A stretch of DNA of 64,000 bases from Caldiserica bacterium UBA646 (GTDB lineage: Bacteria; Caldisericota; Caldisericia; Caldisericales; Caldisericaceae): the NCBI GenBank assembly GCA_002299965.1, contig DBOM01000062.1, positions 16,279-80,278 on the forward strand, written 5' to 3'. The notes under the pieces were generated by a model. That model was not told where the DNA came from and searched no databases. It saw only the letters and a list, made by a program, of their open reading frames with translations. The position numbers were made by a program, and so were the translations under genes. Below are positions 24,321-35,518 of this stretch, in pieces. The stretch's first letter is position 1. Every line of letters starts with the position of its first letter.

Positions 24321-26004
24321 GGAAGAAAAATTCATTCAAAAGCTGTCTCTTTTATTTCTCATTATTGTGTTTCTTTTTGGAGCAATATTCATAAAACATT
24401 TATTTATGGGAGTGATAAACAGGGAGGCATATATTGCAGAAATTGGTTCTCAGCTTGATTTTGGCACCATATTGATTAAAGCAGAAAGGGGAGAAATCGT
24501 AGATAGAAACAATGTACCTTTAGCTCTAAGCAAAGATACATGGGAATTAGATATAAACCCATCTGAGCTCAGTGAAGAAGATAAAAAATCTGCACTAAGT
24601 AAAATACCTAAAATATTGGAAATCGATGAGGGGAAATTTTATTCCCTTTTGAAAGATCAGTCTGTATACGTAAGAATCAGCACTTCACTTGATGATGAGC
24701 AAAAAAATGCAATTAAATCTCTCAATATAAAAAATGGCGTAGCAATTACGCCTACAAAAAAAAGGGTCTACCCGTATAATTCGTTAGCGTCAAACCTCAT
24801 TGGATTTATAGGAACAGATGAACAAGGCCTGAGTGGACTAGAATACAAATTTGACAGTTATCTAAAAGGAATTGATGGAAGCCTATATTTCCCGTCAAAT
24901 TCAAATAAGCCAATACTCCCAGGCTACTCAACATTTGCAATAGATTCCCAAAAAGGCAATACGGTGCAACTGACTATAGATGTTAATATACAATACCAAA
25001 TTGAAAAAAATCTCGTAGAGACTATCCAGGAAACAAACGCAAAAAGTGGAGTTGTAATTGTAATGAACCCCAAAACAGGAGAAATCTTGGGCATGGCATC
25101 ATATCCTAATTTTAACCCAAATAATCTTGCTGAAATAAACAATAACAATGTGATAAATAGAGCAATCCAGATAAATTATGAGCCTGGCTCCGTACTAAAA
25201 CCAATAATTGCTGCAGCAGCTTTAGAAGAAGAAACACTCCGCACGGATGAAGATTTTTATTGCAAAGGATACCTAAACGTAAAAGATAGAGTCCTGCACT
25301 GCTGGCAAACTCACGGAGAAGAACATGGGTTAAACGAAATTATGAGAAATTCCTGCGATGTAGCCTTTATAGAAATAGGCCTCAATTTAGGAAAAACCAA
25401 ATTATATAATTACTTGACAAAATTTGGGTTTGGTAGACCTACAAATATCGAACTGCCCGGAGAAGAAAAAGGAATTCTGGCTGACGTAGAAAATGTAGGA
25501 GATGTAGAACTTGCAACAATGTCCTTTGGACAAGGTATAGCAGTAACGCCAATGCAGTTAATCACAGCTTTTTCCGCAATCGCAAACAATGGAATAGAAA
25601 TGAAACCTACTATAATTAAAAAAATAACAGACCATAATAACAATGTAATTTATAATTTTTCACCGACAGCAAAAAAAACGGTACTTTCCCCAAAAGTTGC
25701 AAATGAAGTAATGGATGCATTGGAGGCAGTAGTATCTGACAAGGGAGTACCACAGGCAAAAATAGAAGGATACGCAATAGCAGGGAAAACAGGAACAGCA
25801 CAAAAACCCTCTCAAGATGGCGGATACTCGAATACTAAATTAATCTACAGTTTTTGTGGTATCGTACCCGCAAATGATCCTGAGGTCGTAATCCTCACAA
25901 TAATCGAAGAGACAGAAGAACCCGGTTATTCCCTTTATATAGCAGCACCACTCTTTCAAAAAATTGCATCTTTTATTATAAAATATTTGAGGATACCTCA
26001 ATGA
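24304..26004 (+). CDS. ftsI: Penicillin-binding protein (class B transpeptidase, FtsI-type)
   Basis: 566 aa with an N-terminal TM helix, SxxK (GSVLKP) and KTGTA motifs. It is in the dcw position. Confidence 0.85.
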   Translation: MLMENKEEKFIQKLSLLFLIIVFLFGAIFIKHLFMGVINREAYIAEIGSQLDFGTILIKAERGEIVDRNNVPLALSKDTWELDINPSELSEEDKKSALSKIPKILEIDEGKFYSLLKDQSVYVRISTSLDDEQKNAIKSLNIKNGVAITPTKKRVYPYNSLASNLIGFIGTDEQGLSGLEYKFDSYLKGIDGSLYFPSNSNKPILPGYSTFAIDSQKGNTVQLTIDVNIQYQIEKNLVETIQETNAKSGVVIVMNPKTGEILGMASYPNFNPNNLAEINNNNVINRAIQINYEPGSVLKPIIAAAALEEETLRTDEDFYCKGYLNVKDRVLHCWQTHGEEHGLNEIMRNSCDVAFIEIGLNLGKTKLYNYLTKFGFGRPTNIELPGEEKGILADVENVGDVELATMSFGQGIAVTPMQLITAFSAIANNGIEMKPTIIKKITDHNNNVIYNFSPTAKKTVLSPKVANEVMDALEAVVSDKGVPQAKIEGYAIAGKTGTAQKPSQDGGYSNTKLIYSFCGIVPANDPEVVILTIIEETEEPGYSLYIAAPLFQKIASFIIKYLRIPQ

Positions 26005-27455
26005 TGAATGGAAAACAAATAAAAAATTTATTCCCTTCCTTGCGCGTATATGGAAACACAGAGGTTCCCATCAAGAATATTCAAATTGATTCAAGAAAAA
26101 TAAAAAAAGGAGATCTATTCGTTGCAATAAAAGGCATTACCTTTGATTCCCATAAAAAGATCAAAGAAGCAATCACAAAAGGAGCTATTGGAATAGTAAC
26201 TGAAAAAAGTATAAAATATTCACCTGATATGCTAATTATTGAAACAGATAATTCTCGAAAAGCCTATGCCTTATTGTCTAGCGCTTTTTTCGGATTTCCG
26301 TCCCGGAAGCTAAAATTAATAGGAATTACAGGGACAAGCGGCAAAACAACAACGGCGTATCTACTTTATAGGCTTTTCAATAATGTTGGCATAAAATCCG
26401 GATTTATTGGCACAATAGGAGAGGGAATGGGCGATAAATTTGTCAGAAAAGAGTCCTTTCCGCCTACTACACCAGATGCATTTCCGCTGAATAGATTTCT
26501 ATACAAGGCAGTAAAGGAAAATGTTAAATACGTCTTTATGGAAGTTTCTTCATTTTCTATTCTGCACCATCGCATCGAAGGATTAACTTTTTATAATAAA
26601 ATCCTCACTTTTTTAGGAGAAGACCATCTAGATATTCATAAGACACTAGAAAATTATATTCAAACAAAAGTATCCTTTTTTGACAACTATAAAGGAAAAA
26701 TATTTTTAAACGCAGATACTCCTTTTTATGAAAAATTAAAAAAAATATCAATTAACCCCGTGCTCTTCGGAATAATAAACAAAGCAAACTACAAAGCTTT
26801 TGTAGAGAAAGTTGGAATAGAAGAAACCAAATTTATCCTGCAGTACAGTGATAAGAAAAAAACATCTTTTTCTCTCAATATGGGAGGCGAATTTAATCTT
26901 TATAATTTTCTTGCTGTTTCGGCCTTTGCAATCGAAGAAGATATCAGCCTATCCGCACTTCAAAAATTTGCAAAAAACATCCCTACAATACCTGGGAGAA
27001 TGAATATTATAAAAACGAAAAAAGGCATAATCATTGTTGATTTCGCACACAATCCTGCTGAAATAAAAAGAGTGCTATCATTTCTAAACAGCATCAAGAA
27101 GGGACACATTATTACGGTAATTGGCGCAGTTGGAGGATCAACTGAAAAGAAGAGCAGAGAAATAGGAAAAATAGCCTCGACCTTGAGCGATTTTGTTATT
27201 ATAACCACAGATGACCCAAGAAGTAATGACCCGAAAAAAATTGCAAAAAATATACAAAAGGGGGCAAGCGACAACACAAAAATTATTTTAGACAGGAAAA
27301 CAGCTATAAAAACAGCTATAAAAACGATGCAAAATAATGACATAATAGCTCTACTTGGCAGAGGACACGAAAATGAAATGCATTACAAAAACAAGACCGT
27401 CTATTTAAATGATTCAGAATATGCAAAAGAGGTTTTGAATGATAATCAAAACTGA
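26001..27455 (+). CDS. murE: UDP-MurNAc-L-Ala-D-Glu--2,6-diaminopimelate (or L-Lys) ligase
   Basis: 484 aa with GITGTSGKTTT P-loop, DDPRSNDP-type motif, and dcw order. Confidence 0.9.
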   Translation: MMNGKQIKNLFPSLRVYGNTEVPIKNIQIDSRKIKKGDLFVAIKGITFDSHKKIKEAITKGAIGIVTEKSIKYSPDMLIIETDNSRKAYALLSSAFFGFPSRKLKLIGITGTSGKTTTAYLLYRLFNNVGIKSGFIGTIGEGMGDKFVRKESFPPTTPDAFPLNRFLYKAVKENVKYVFMEVSSFSILHHRIEGLTFYNKILTFLGEDHLDIHKTLENYIQTKVSFFDNYKGKIFLNADTPFYEKLKKISINPVLFGIINKANYKAFVEKVGIEETKFILQYSDKKKTSFSLNMGGEFNLYNFLAVSAFAIEEDISLSALQKFAKNIPTIPGRMNIIKTKKGIIIVDFAHNPAEIKRVLSFLNSIKKGHIITVIGAVGGSTEKKSREIGKIASTLSDFVIITTDDPRSNDPKKIAKNIQKGASDNTKIILDRKTAIKTAIKTMQNNDIIALLGRGHENEMHYKNKTVYLNDSEYAKEVLNDNQN

Positions 27456-28815
27456 CGAAATCATCAATAATATAGCAGGAAACTGGGAAGGCAAATGGGT
27501 AAATGATTTTGCCCACTTTTCAATCGACAGCAGAAACATAAAAAGTGGAAGTTTTTTTGTTGCGCTGAAAGGTCAAAAAGTAGACGGCCATGATTTTATT
27601 CCTGACGCGATACAGCAGGGAGCAAAAGGTATTGCGACAGAAAAACCATATAATGACAATTTATTCAAAGATATTTTTGTATACAAAGTAGAGTCAACAA
27701 AAAACTTCCTTTTATCCGCCGGGGAATTAGCAAGGAAAAAACTCGGAAACAAAATTATAGGCATAACAGGGAGTGCCGGCAAAACCACAACAAAAGAAAT
27801 GATAAGCCTTGTTCTTGCAAAAAAATTTAACATCGCGGCAACAAAAGGAAACGCAAACACAGAGATATCAATCCCTCTATTTCTTTTAAACGATACGAAC
27901 GGAAATGAAGATTATCTTGTGGCAGAAATGGGAATCCAAAAAAGAGGGGATATGGACACGCTAAACAAAATCTTGCAGCCAAACATCGCCCTTTTGCTAA
28001 ACATCGGAGATTCCCATTTAGAATTTTTAGAAAACAGAAAAGGCGTTGCGCAAGAAAAATTCAAACTAATACAGTTTGTTAAAGAAAACAATGGGAAAAT
28101 AATACTCAACGGCGACGACCCTCTAATACAAAAATTAAGCAGCAAAATAAATGCACTATATTTCAGCACAAAGGAAAACGGAGAAGTAAGAGGCAACATA
28201 ATAGAATCAACAGAACAACATATGAAAATAAAATTTTACTACAAAAACAAATGCTATGTCGATGAATTTCCGTTTTCTGGGATACACTTTTTATATGATA
28301 TGCTGGCATCTTTGTCGCTTGGTATAATAGCAGGGATTCCTATAGATGAATCAATAGTAGTTTTAAAAACGTTCTCGCCAGCAAGAGGAAGGGGAACAAG
28401 TATCCCTCTTGTAAGAGGCATTACAATTATCGATGAAACATACAATTCAAATCCCATTTCGCTTGTAGCAAATCTTTCGCGGTTTACAAAACATAAGGCC
28501 CCTCTAATTATTATCGTTGGGGACATGCTCGAACTCGGGAAAAATGCAAAATTACTCCACAAAAAAACAGGAGAAAGTATATCGGAAGTAAAACCAAAAT
28601 TATTAATAAGCATCGGTAAGTACGCCGAAGATGTTTTGTCAGGCGCCAAATTAAGCGGTGCCGAACGGGGAATTGCATTCACACGCATGGAAGAAGCCAA
28701 GGCATTTATAAAAGAATTGAAAATTTGCCAAAATTCTGTTATATTCATCAAAGGTTCAAGGGGTATGAAAATGGAAGAAATTATAGAAATACTCAAAGGA
28801 AGGTTTGGAAAATAA
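27439..28815 (+). CDS. murF: UDP-MurNAc-tripeptide--D-Ala-D-Ala ligase
   Basis: 458 aa with GITGSAGKTTTKEM, and dcw order. Confidence 0.9.
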   Translation: MIIKTDEIINNIAGNWEGKWVNDFAHFSIDSRNIKSGSFFVALKGQKVDGHDFIPDAIQQGAKGIATEKPYNDNLFKDIFVYKVESTKNFLLSAGELARKKLGNKIIGITGSAGKTTTKEMISLVLAKKFNIAATKGNANTEISIPLFLLNDTNGNEDYLVAEMGIQKRGDMDTLNKILQPNIALLLNIGDSHLEFLENRKGVAQEKFKLIQFVKENNGKIILNGDDPLIQKLSSKINALYFSTKENGEVRGNIIESTEQHMKIKFYYKNKCYVDEFPFSGIHFLYDMLASLSLGIIAGIPIDESIVVLKTFSPARGRGTSIPLVRGITIIDETYNSNPISLVANLSRFTKHKAPLIIIVGDMLELGKNAKLLHKKTGESISEVKPKLLISIGKYAEDVLSGAKLSGAERGIAFTRMEEAKAFIKELKICQNSVIFIKGSRGMKMEEIIEILKGRFGK

Positions 28816-28818
28816 AAA

Positions 28819-29748
28819 ATGGATAAAATGTTGCTATTATATATATTAATATCGTTCTTAGTGGCAATGCCTCTTTTTTTGATTGCAATACCGTGGCTTA
28901 AAAAAATAAAACTCGTTCAATCTCCCCGAGAAGAAGGACCAAAAGAACATAAAACAAAAAAGGGAACACCAACCGCCAGTGGGATTATCTTCCTGATTAT
29001 TCCAGCACTGTTCCTCCCTTTCTACCATAATAAAACATTTTTATTTCTATACTTAGCTTTGCTTCTTAATGGGTTAATCGGGTTTATTGATGATTTTGCA
29101 AGTGCTAAAAAAAAGAAATCTGAAGGACTTAGCCCAAGAAAAAAATTTATTCTTCAAATCTTCGTATCCACACTGTTATTTATTATTGGAAAAGATTTAA
29201 TCAGCACGACAGTGAGTATAAGAACATGGTCACTTCAAATGGAAAATATATCATATTTTATTTTATACCTGCTCATTATGGTTGGCTCGTCCAATGCGTT
29301 CAATCTCACAGATGGAATCGATGGTTTACTTGGAAGTTTGTCAATCCCGCTATTCTTTACGTTTATAATAATAGGAAATATAGCTACCAAAACAATTTCA
29401 TCGATTATTATCGGGGCTCTTTTTGCTTACCTCTGGTTCAACAGGCCAAAAGCAGCTGTTTTTATGGGAGATACGGGGTCTTTAGCATTAGGAGGGCTCT
29501 TTGGGGCTATGGGTATCATAAATAATTCAGAACTGTTGCTTCCAATTATGGCTATAATCCCCGTCATAGAAACACTTTCGGTAATCATCCAGGTTTCTTA
29601 CTTCAAACTAACTCACGGAAAAAGAGTTTTCAAAATGGCACCAATTCATCATCATTTTGAAAAATCTGGCTGGAGCGAATTAAAAATAGATTACAGATTC
29701 TTGCTAGTCACGCTTGTCGCGTGTATTTTCGCGGTAACAATTTTATGA
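28819..29748 (+). CDS. mraY: Phospho-N-acetylmuramoyl-pentapeptide transferase
   Basis: 309-aa polytopic protein with NLTDGIDGL, GDTGSLALGG and APIHHHFE motifs. Confidence 0.93.
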   Translation: MDKMLLLYILISFLVAMPLFLIAIPWLKKIKLVQSPREEGPKEHKTKKGTPTASGIIFLIIPALFLPFYHNKTFLFLYLALLLNGLIGFIDDFASAKKKKSEGLSPRKKFILQIFVSTLLFIIGKDLISTTVSIRTWSLQMENISYFILYLLIMVGSSNAFNLTDGIDGLLGSLSIPLFFTFIIIGNIATKTISSIIIGALFAYLWFNRPKAAVFMGDTGSLALGGLFGAMGIINNSELLLPIMAIIPVIETLSVIIQVSYFKLTHGKRVFKMAPIHHHFEKSGWSELKIDYRFLLVTLVACIFAVTIL

Positions 29749-29755
29749 GGACATA

Positions 29756-31099
29756 ATGAAAAAAATACTAATTGTAGGAGCAAGAAAAAGTGGTATTTAT
29801 GCAGCTCTGCTTGCAAAAAAACAAGGCTTTGAACCATTTGTTACAGAAAATAGTGATGGAAATGAATTTGAAGAATCTAAAATAATACTTCGCAAAAATA
29901 ATATAGAGTTTGAATTTGGAACACATTCATTTGATAAAATTAAAAATTTCGAAATGGCAGTAATTTCACCAGGTGTTCCTTTGCAATCAAAAATAGTGAA
30001 AGAAATAGAACAATATCGTGTCCCATATATTGGAGAAATGGAGTTTGCATACAAAACGACACCAACTACTCAAATAATAAGCATAACAGGAACCAATGGA
30101 AAAAGCACTACAACAGCACTCACTGGCAACGTATTTAACTATGCACCTTTCAGCAGCGTAACAGGAGGAAATTTAGGTACTCCATATTCAGAACTTTTAT
30201 TAAACAACCCAAACCCTGATATTGCTATACTCGAAACAAGCTGCTTTCAACTAGAAACAATAGAGGATTTTCATCCAAAAGTATCAGTATTTCTCAATTT
30301 TTCTGAAGATCACCTGAATAGGTACAAAGATATGGAAGAGTATCTAACATACAAAAAAAGAATTTTCAAAAATCAGACATCCGCAGATTTTGCTGTACTA
30401 AATGCCGATGCCTTTATATCAAAAAGATTAGAAAAAGATATAAACAGCAAGATATTCTACTTCAGCAGGATAAATCCTGTACAAAAAGGCATATTCCTAC
30501 AAAACAACAAAATCATCTTTAAAAATGAAGAGAAAGAAGAAGAAATCGTAGGCATTGAATCCATTCGTCTCCTCGGAAAACATAACATCAGCAATGTTCT
30601 GGCATCTATTCTTTCTGCAAAACTTCTTAAAATAGATAATGCAACAATTAAAAAAGGCATAGAAACATTCGAAGGATTGCCGCATCGACTTGAAAAAGTC
30701 AGAGAATTAGAGGATATATTATATATAAACGATTCAAAAGCCACAACACCAGATTCCACGATACAGGCTTTGAATGCATTTCATAGTAAAATTATTCTTA
30801 TCGCTGGGGGAAGCAGTAAAAATAACGATTTCACGGAGCTTGCAAGATTATTTCCAGACAAATTAAGAAAACTTGTCGTAATAGGTGAAACTGCTGCTGA
30901 AATAGCAAATAGTGCTATCGACCAGGGTTTTAATAATGTCGTGTTTGCATCAACATTAGAAAAAGCAGTAGAACTAGCAAAAAAAGTTGCCCATCAAGGA
31001 GACATTGTCCTACTTTCCCCGGCTTGTGCAAGTTTTGATATGTTTAAGGATTTTGAAGACAGAGGAGATAAATTTAAAAAAATTGTAAATAGCCTATGA
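29756..31099 (+). CDS. murD: UDP-MurNAc-L-Ala--D-Glu ligase
   Basis: 447 aa with ITGTNGKSTT and NDSKATT motifs. Confidence 0.9.
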   Translation: MKKILIVGARKSGIYAALLAKKQGFEPFVTENSDGNEFEESKIILRKNNIEFEFGTHSFDKIKNFEMAVISPGVPLQSKIVKEIEQYRVPYIGEMEFAYKTTPTTQIISITGTNGKSTTTALTGNVFNYAPFSSVTGGNLGTPYSELLLNNPNPDIAILETSCFQLETIEDFHPKVSVFLNFSEDHLNRYKDMEEYLTYKKRIFKNQTSADFAVLNADAFISKRLEKDINSKIFYFSRINPVQKGIFLQNNKIIFKNEEKEEEIVGIESIRLLGKHNISNVLASILSAKLLKIDNATIKKGIETFEGLPHRLEKVRELEDILYINDSKATTPDSTIQALNAFHSKIILIAGGSSKNNDFTELARLFPDKLRKLVVIGETAAEIANSAIDQGFNNVVFASTLEKAVELAKKVAHQGDIVLLSPACASFDMFKDFEDRGDKFKKIVNSL

Positions 31100-32169
31100 A
31101 TAAAGAACAAAAAACATCTAATATACGTGCATTGTTATTTTTTACATACGCTCTTGTCGGGATAGGATTGCTTATGAATTTTAGCATAAGCCCGTCTACA
31201 TCAACCAGTCTATCCCTGACAATCTTCTACAAACAGCTCTTATATGTAGGTATCGGGACAACTTCTCTCATTTTGTTTTCATATTTTAATCATACAAAGC
31301 TTAAAGACATTTCCACTGTTTTATTTTTTCTTGTTTTGATATCTCTTTTCTTCACAACTGGAGAAACATCCAGAAGGTGGCTGTATGTAGGACTACCGTT
31401 TACAATTCAGCCCTCACAATATGCCTCTCTTGTTCTCTCAATACTTATTTCAAAAGTAGTTTCCACAAGATTAAAAGAAGATTATAACAAAAAAATATAC
31501 ATAATTCTTCTTGGAGTAGTAATTTTAATATCGGGACTCGTAATTATAGAACCAGATATGGGAAGTGGGATAATAATAATGCTGACATGCGGAGCATTAT
31601 TATTGGTTAGTGGGATGAAGTTAATAGATTTCTGCATCATCTCTGTCCCTACAATAATATTGGGAGCCATAGCTATAATGAATAACCAAAGTTGGAAAGA
31701 AAGAATAGTTTTCTTCCTTAATCCCTATAGTGCCCCTGCAGGTGAAGGCTATCAGGCGCTCCAATCATTCAGAGCAATTGCAAGGGGCGGAATATTCGGC
31801 ACAGGTTTTATGAGAAGCATGTTCAAATACGGGAAACTCCCAGAAAAAACAGCAGATTTTATATTCGCTATCACAGCGGAAGAATTTGGCATAATGGGAT
31901 GTACTGTAATAATAGCCCTCTTTATTGCGCTGATATATACAGGATTCAAAATTGCAAAAAATACGGGAAGCACCTTTTCCAGATTATTAGCAGTAGGCAT
32001 TACTCTAAGCATTGCACTTTCTGCCCTGGTAAATATATCAACAAATATAGGATTGCTTCCCGTTACTGGCATTACATTGCCATTCATAAGCTTCGGCGGC
32101 AACAGCATGTTAGCAAATCTTACCGGCATTGGTATTCTTATAAATATAGCAAAAAAGTGTGATGAGTAA
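31096..32169 (+). CDS. ftsW: SEDS-family peptidoglycan polymerase FtsW
   Basis: 357-aa polytopic protein with LPEKTADFIFA and GLLPVTGITLPFISFGG motifs. Confidence 0.85.
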   Translation: MNKEQKTSNIRALLFFTYALVGIGLLMNFSISPSTSTSLSLTIFYKQLLYVGIGTTSLILFSYFNHTKLKDISTVLFFLVLISLFFTTGETSRRWLYVGLPFTIQPSQYASLVLSILISKVVSTRLKEDYNKKIYIILLGVVILISGLVIIEPDMGSGIIIMLTCGALLLVSGMKLIDFCIISVPTIILGAIAIMNNQSWKERIVFFLNPYSAPAGEGYQALQSFRAIARGGIFGTGFMRSMFKYGKLPEKTADFIFAITAEEFGIMGCTVIIALFIALIYTGFKIAKNTGSTFSRLLAVGITLSIALSALVNISTNIGLLPVTGITLPFISFGGNSMLANLTGIGILINIAKKCDE

Positions 32170-33253
32170 GATGAAAATACTTATTGCGGGTGGAGGGACA
32201 GGAGGCCATATTTATCCAGTTGTTTCAATCGCAAAAACATTTATAAAAAACGGAGATAAAGTTGTTCTCGTTGGAAGAAAAAATAGTGAAGAAGAAAATA
32301 TATATAAATCACATAAACTTTATACAAGAACAATGGAATCTGCTGCGCTCGAATTTAGCCCGAAAAAGTTTATAAAATTTGTACACAAAGCAAGTGTAGG
32401 AATAAAAGAGGCATATCGCACATTAAAAGAAGAAAATATTGATGCAGTAATTGGAGCTGGCGGATATGTTTCAGCGCCTATAGTCTTTGCAGCAATAACA
32501 AAAAATATACCCATATTTCTTTATGAACAAAACATTGTGCCAGGCCGTGCTAATAGATTATTTGCAAAAAAAAGCAAGAAGATCTTTATGGGCTTCCCTG
32601 ATATTTATGGTTTCTTTGACGGGGAAAAAACAGTTTTCACCGGTAATCCTATAAGAAAGGAAATTGCTGACATAAAAAGAAAAGACGCATTAAATTTCTT
32701 TAAGTTTGACGACAAACCTACACTCCTCGTTCTCGGAGGAAGCGGAGGAGCAAAAAAAATAAACGATACATTTTCAAATATCATCAAAAAACTTTTACTT
32801 AAGAGTAGTAATATTCAAATCATATTTATAACAGGAGAACGAGATTACCAAGCCATAATTAAAAAAAATAAAGCTCTCTCGCCAAGAGTAAAAATAATAC
32901 CATACTTAGAAGAGGCAGAATACGCTATTGGAGCAGCCGATTTCGCAATATCAAGAGCTGGCGCAATGACTCTTACGGAACTAACGAGAAAGGGAGTTCC
33001 AGGAATTATCATACCATACCCACACGCCAGAGACAATCATCAAGAAAAAAATGCACTTTTTCTCAAAAACAAAGGATGTATAGATGTTATAAAAGAATCA
33101 ACGCTATCAGAGAATATGCTGCTAAATAAAATTATTTACTATCTCACCCATCCAGATATAATAAAAACAATGAAAAATAATACAGAAGGAATATTCCCAG
33201 AAAATAGTGAAGAAATTATGTACGATAAAGTTAGGGGCGAAATAAATGAGTAA
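32159..33253 (+). CDS. murG: UDP-GlcNAc:lipid I GlcNAc transferase
   Basis: Contains GGTGGHIYP and GGSGGA motifs. The true start may be ATG 32171 (MKILIAGGG), right after the ftsW stop. Confidence 0.9.
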   Translation: MMSKMKILIAGGGTGGHIYPVVSIAKTFIKNGDKVVLVGRKNSEEENIYKSHKLYTRTMESAALEFSPKKFIKFVHKASVGIKEAYRTLKEENIDAVIGAGGYVSAPIVFAAITKNIPIFLYEQNIVPGRANRLFAKKSKKIFMGFPDIYGFFDGEKTVFTGNPIRKEIADIKRKDALNFFKFDDKPTLLVLGGSGGAKKINDTFSNIIKKLLLKSSNIQIIFITGERDYQAIIKKNKALSPRVKIIPYLEEAEYAIGAADFAISRAGAMTLTELTRKGVPGIIIPYPHARDNHQEKNALFLKNKGCIDVIKESTLSENMLLNKIIYYLTHPDIIKTMKNNTEGIFPENSEEIMYDKVRGEINE

Positions 33254-34622
33254 AATATTCTTTATAGGCATTGGCGGTACGGGAATGAATAAGCTTGCAC
33301 TTTTGCTCAAAGACTTCGGCAATGAAATTTTTGGCTCAGACATAAAAAGTAGCAAAGAAACAGAAAAATTACAAAACGAAGGAATCAATATCTACATAGG
33401 ACACAATAAAAACCACATAAATAAAAGTATTGATCTTGTAATTTACTCTTCGGCCATACCTTCTTCAAATGAGGAATTAACTCAAGCAAAAAAATTAGGC
33501 ATTACAATTAAAAAAAGAGGGGAAGCACTTGCCGAAATCACAAAAAAATTTAAAACCATAGTAGTATCAGGCACTCATGGTAAAACAACTACGACGGCAC
33601 TTATTGGGCATATTTTAAAAGAAAATGGCAAAAAAACCAATGTCTATATAGGCGGAGAAGAAGAATTTGATTCATTTGATAAAACTGCGGAATTATTTGT
33701 TATCGAATCGGATGAAAGTGACAGATCCTTTCTTTTTTTCGAACCCAAAATCCTTGTAATAACAAATATCGATAAGGATCATCTTGGAGCATACCAAAAT
33801 AGCTTCAAAAACTTAAAGCAATCGTTCAAAACACTTCAAGATAAGTCAGAAAAAAAAGTAATATGTAGAGACGACAAAAATGCCTTTTCTATTGCAGACC
33901 TCTCAGACACGAACACATTCTTTTACAGTATAAAGAATAAAAAAGCAAATATTTTTGCAACAAACATCAAATATTCCGCATCAGGAACAAAATTTGATCT
34001 ATTTTGCTTAAGAAAATTTATAGGAAAAGGATTTATCCCCTCTTACGGAGATAAAAATGTACTCAACGCACTTGCTGCAATTTCTGTTGCACATCTTTCT
34101 GGAATAAAGATTAAAGACACATTAACCTCTTTAGAAAGCTTTCCCATGCCAAACAGAAGAATAAAAATAAGAGGAGAGATAAAAGGCATTACCGTAATTG
34201 ATGACCATGCCGACCATCCAACAGAAATTGAATCAACGCTCAATGCAATAAAAAAACATTTCCCAAGCAAAAGAATCATCGCAGTATTCCAACCTCACAG
34301 ATACAGTAGAGTAAATGCACTCAAGCAAAACATTGCCAAACCGTTTCGCTATGCCGATATTATCATATCCACAGATATTTATCCTGCTTTTGAAGCCCCC
34401 ATAAAAGGCATTAATGGCAGTGTAATAAATAAATGGATTAAAGAAAAAAATAAAGAAAAAGAAGTATACTACAGGAAGCAATTGAAGGACGTAACACAGA
34501 TATTGGGAAAAATCTTGAAAAGAAATGATTTAATAGTATTATTAGGACCAGGAGATATAGAAAATTTTTCTCCTTCTTTAATAAGATTTTTAAAAGGGGC
34601 AACATGTGAGAAGAAGCATTGA
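33246..34622 (+). CDS. murC: UDP-MurNAc--L-Ala ligase
   Basis: 458 aa with IGIGGTGMN and VSGTHGKTTTTAL motifs. Confidence 0.9.
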   Translation: MSKIFFIGIGGTGMNKLALLLKDFGNEIFGSDIKSSKETEKLQNEGINIYIGHNKNHINKSIDLVIYSSAIPSSNEELTQAKKLGITIKKRGEALAEITKKFKTIVVSGTHGKTTTTALIGHILKENGKKTNVYIGGEEEFDSFDKTAELFVIESDESDRSFLFFEPKILVITNIDKDHLGAYQNSFKNLKQSFKTLQDKSEKKVICRDDKNAFSIADLSDTNTFFYSIKNKKANIFATNIKYSASGTKFDLFCLRKFIGKGFIPSYGDKNVLNALAAISVAHLSGIKIKDTLTSLESFPMPNRRIKIRGEIKGITVIDDHADHPTEIESTLNAIKKHFPSKRIIAVFQPHRYSRVNALKQNIAKPFRYADIIISTDIYPAFEAPIKGINGSVINKWIKEKNKEKEVYYRKQLKDVTQILGKILKRNDLIVLLGPGDIENFSPSLIRFLKGATCEKKH

Positions 34623-35517
34623 TAAACTTCGTGAAGTAGTGAAGGGTGAAGTGATTGAAAATGAACCAATGGCAAACCATACCTCTTTTCATATCGGAGG
34701 GCCAGCACAAATCTTTTGCAAACCAGAAAATTTCGAAGATATAAAAAATATTATTGAATGGGCAAAGGGGAACAAACTGCCCGTAATGGCTCTAGGAAAT
34801 GGAACAAATCTCCTTGTTTCAGATAATGGAATAGGTGGAGTGGTAATTCAAATTGGAAATAAAATGAAAAATGTCCAATTCGATAGAAATACAGTCCTTA
34901 CACAAGGAGGGATATCCCTGCAAGAATTAATTAATAAATCGATGGAGAAAGGACTCGGAGGAATAGAATTCGCGGCCAAGATTCCAGGTGTAGTAGGTGG
35001 ATCTGTTGTAATGAATGCTGGTAGTAATTCTCATTTTATAAGTAAATTCATAAAATACGTTACCGTAATTGGAATGGATGGAAAGATATACAAACTGTAC
35101 CATGATGACTTGAAATTTAACTATAGGTACAGCATCTTACAAAACGAACCACTAATTCTTCTGGATGCATTCTTAGTTTTAGAAAATCAAGATCCAGCAG
35201 AAATTAGAAAAAAAATAGAAATATTCAGTAAGATAAAGAAGGAGAATCAACCTATAGATTATCCATGTGCTGGTAGCATATTCAAAAATCCGCCTACAAC
35301 ATATGCCGGAAAAGTATTGGAAGAAACGAATTGTAAAGGTCTAAGAGTGGGAGATGCAATGATATCGGATATGCATGCAAATTTTATAATCAATCTAGGA
35401 AAGGCAACAGCATCAGATGTAATACACCTCATAAGGAAAGCTCAACAACAAGTGCATAGAAAAAAAGACCTTGTTCTGGAGCTCGAAATAAAACTTGCAG
35501 GCGATTTTAGAAGCTAA
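34606..35517 (+). CDS. murB: UDP-N-acetylenolpyruvoylglucosamine reductase
   Basis: 303 aa with NEPMANHTSFHIGGPA, GNGTNLLV and AGSIFKNP motifs. Confidence 0.9.
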   Translation: MRRSIDKLREVVKGEVIENEPMANHTSFHIGGPAQIFCKPENFEDIKNIIEWAKGNKLPVMALGNGTNLLVSDNGIGGVVIQIGNKMKNVQFDRNTVLTQGGISLQELINKSMEKGLGGIEFAAKIPGVVGGSVVMNAGSNSHFISKFIKYVTVIGMDGKIYKLYHDDLKFNYRYSILQNEPLILLDAFLVLENQDPAEIRKKIEIFSKIKKENQPIDYPCAGSIFKNPPTTYAGKVLEETNCKGLRVGDAMISDMHANFIINLGKATASDVIHLIRKAQQQVHRKKDLVLELEIKLAGDFRS

Positions 35518-35518
35518 A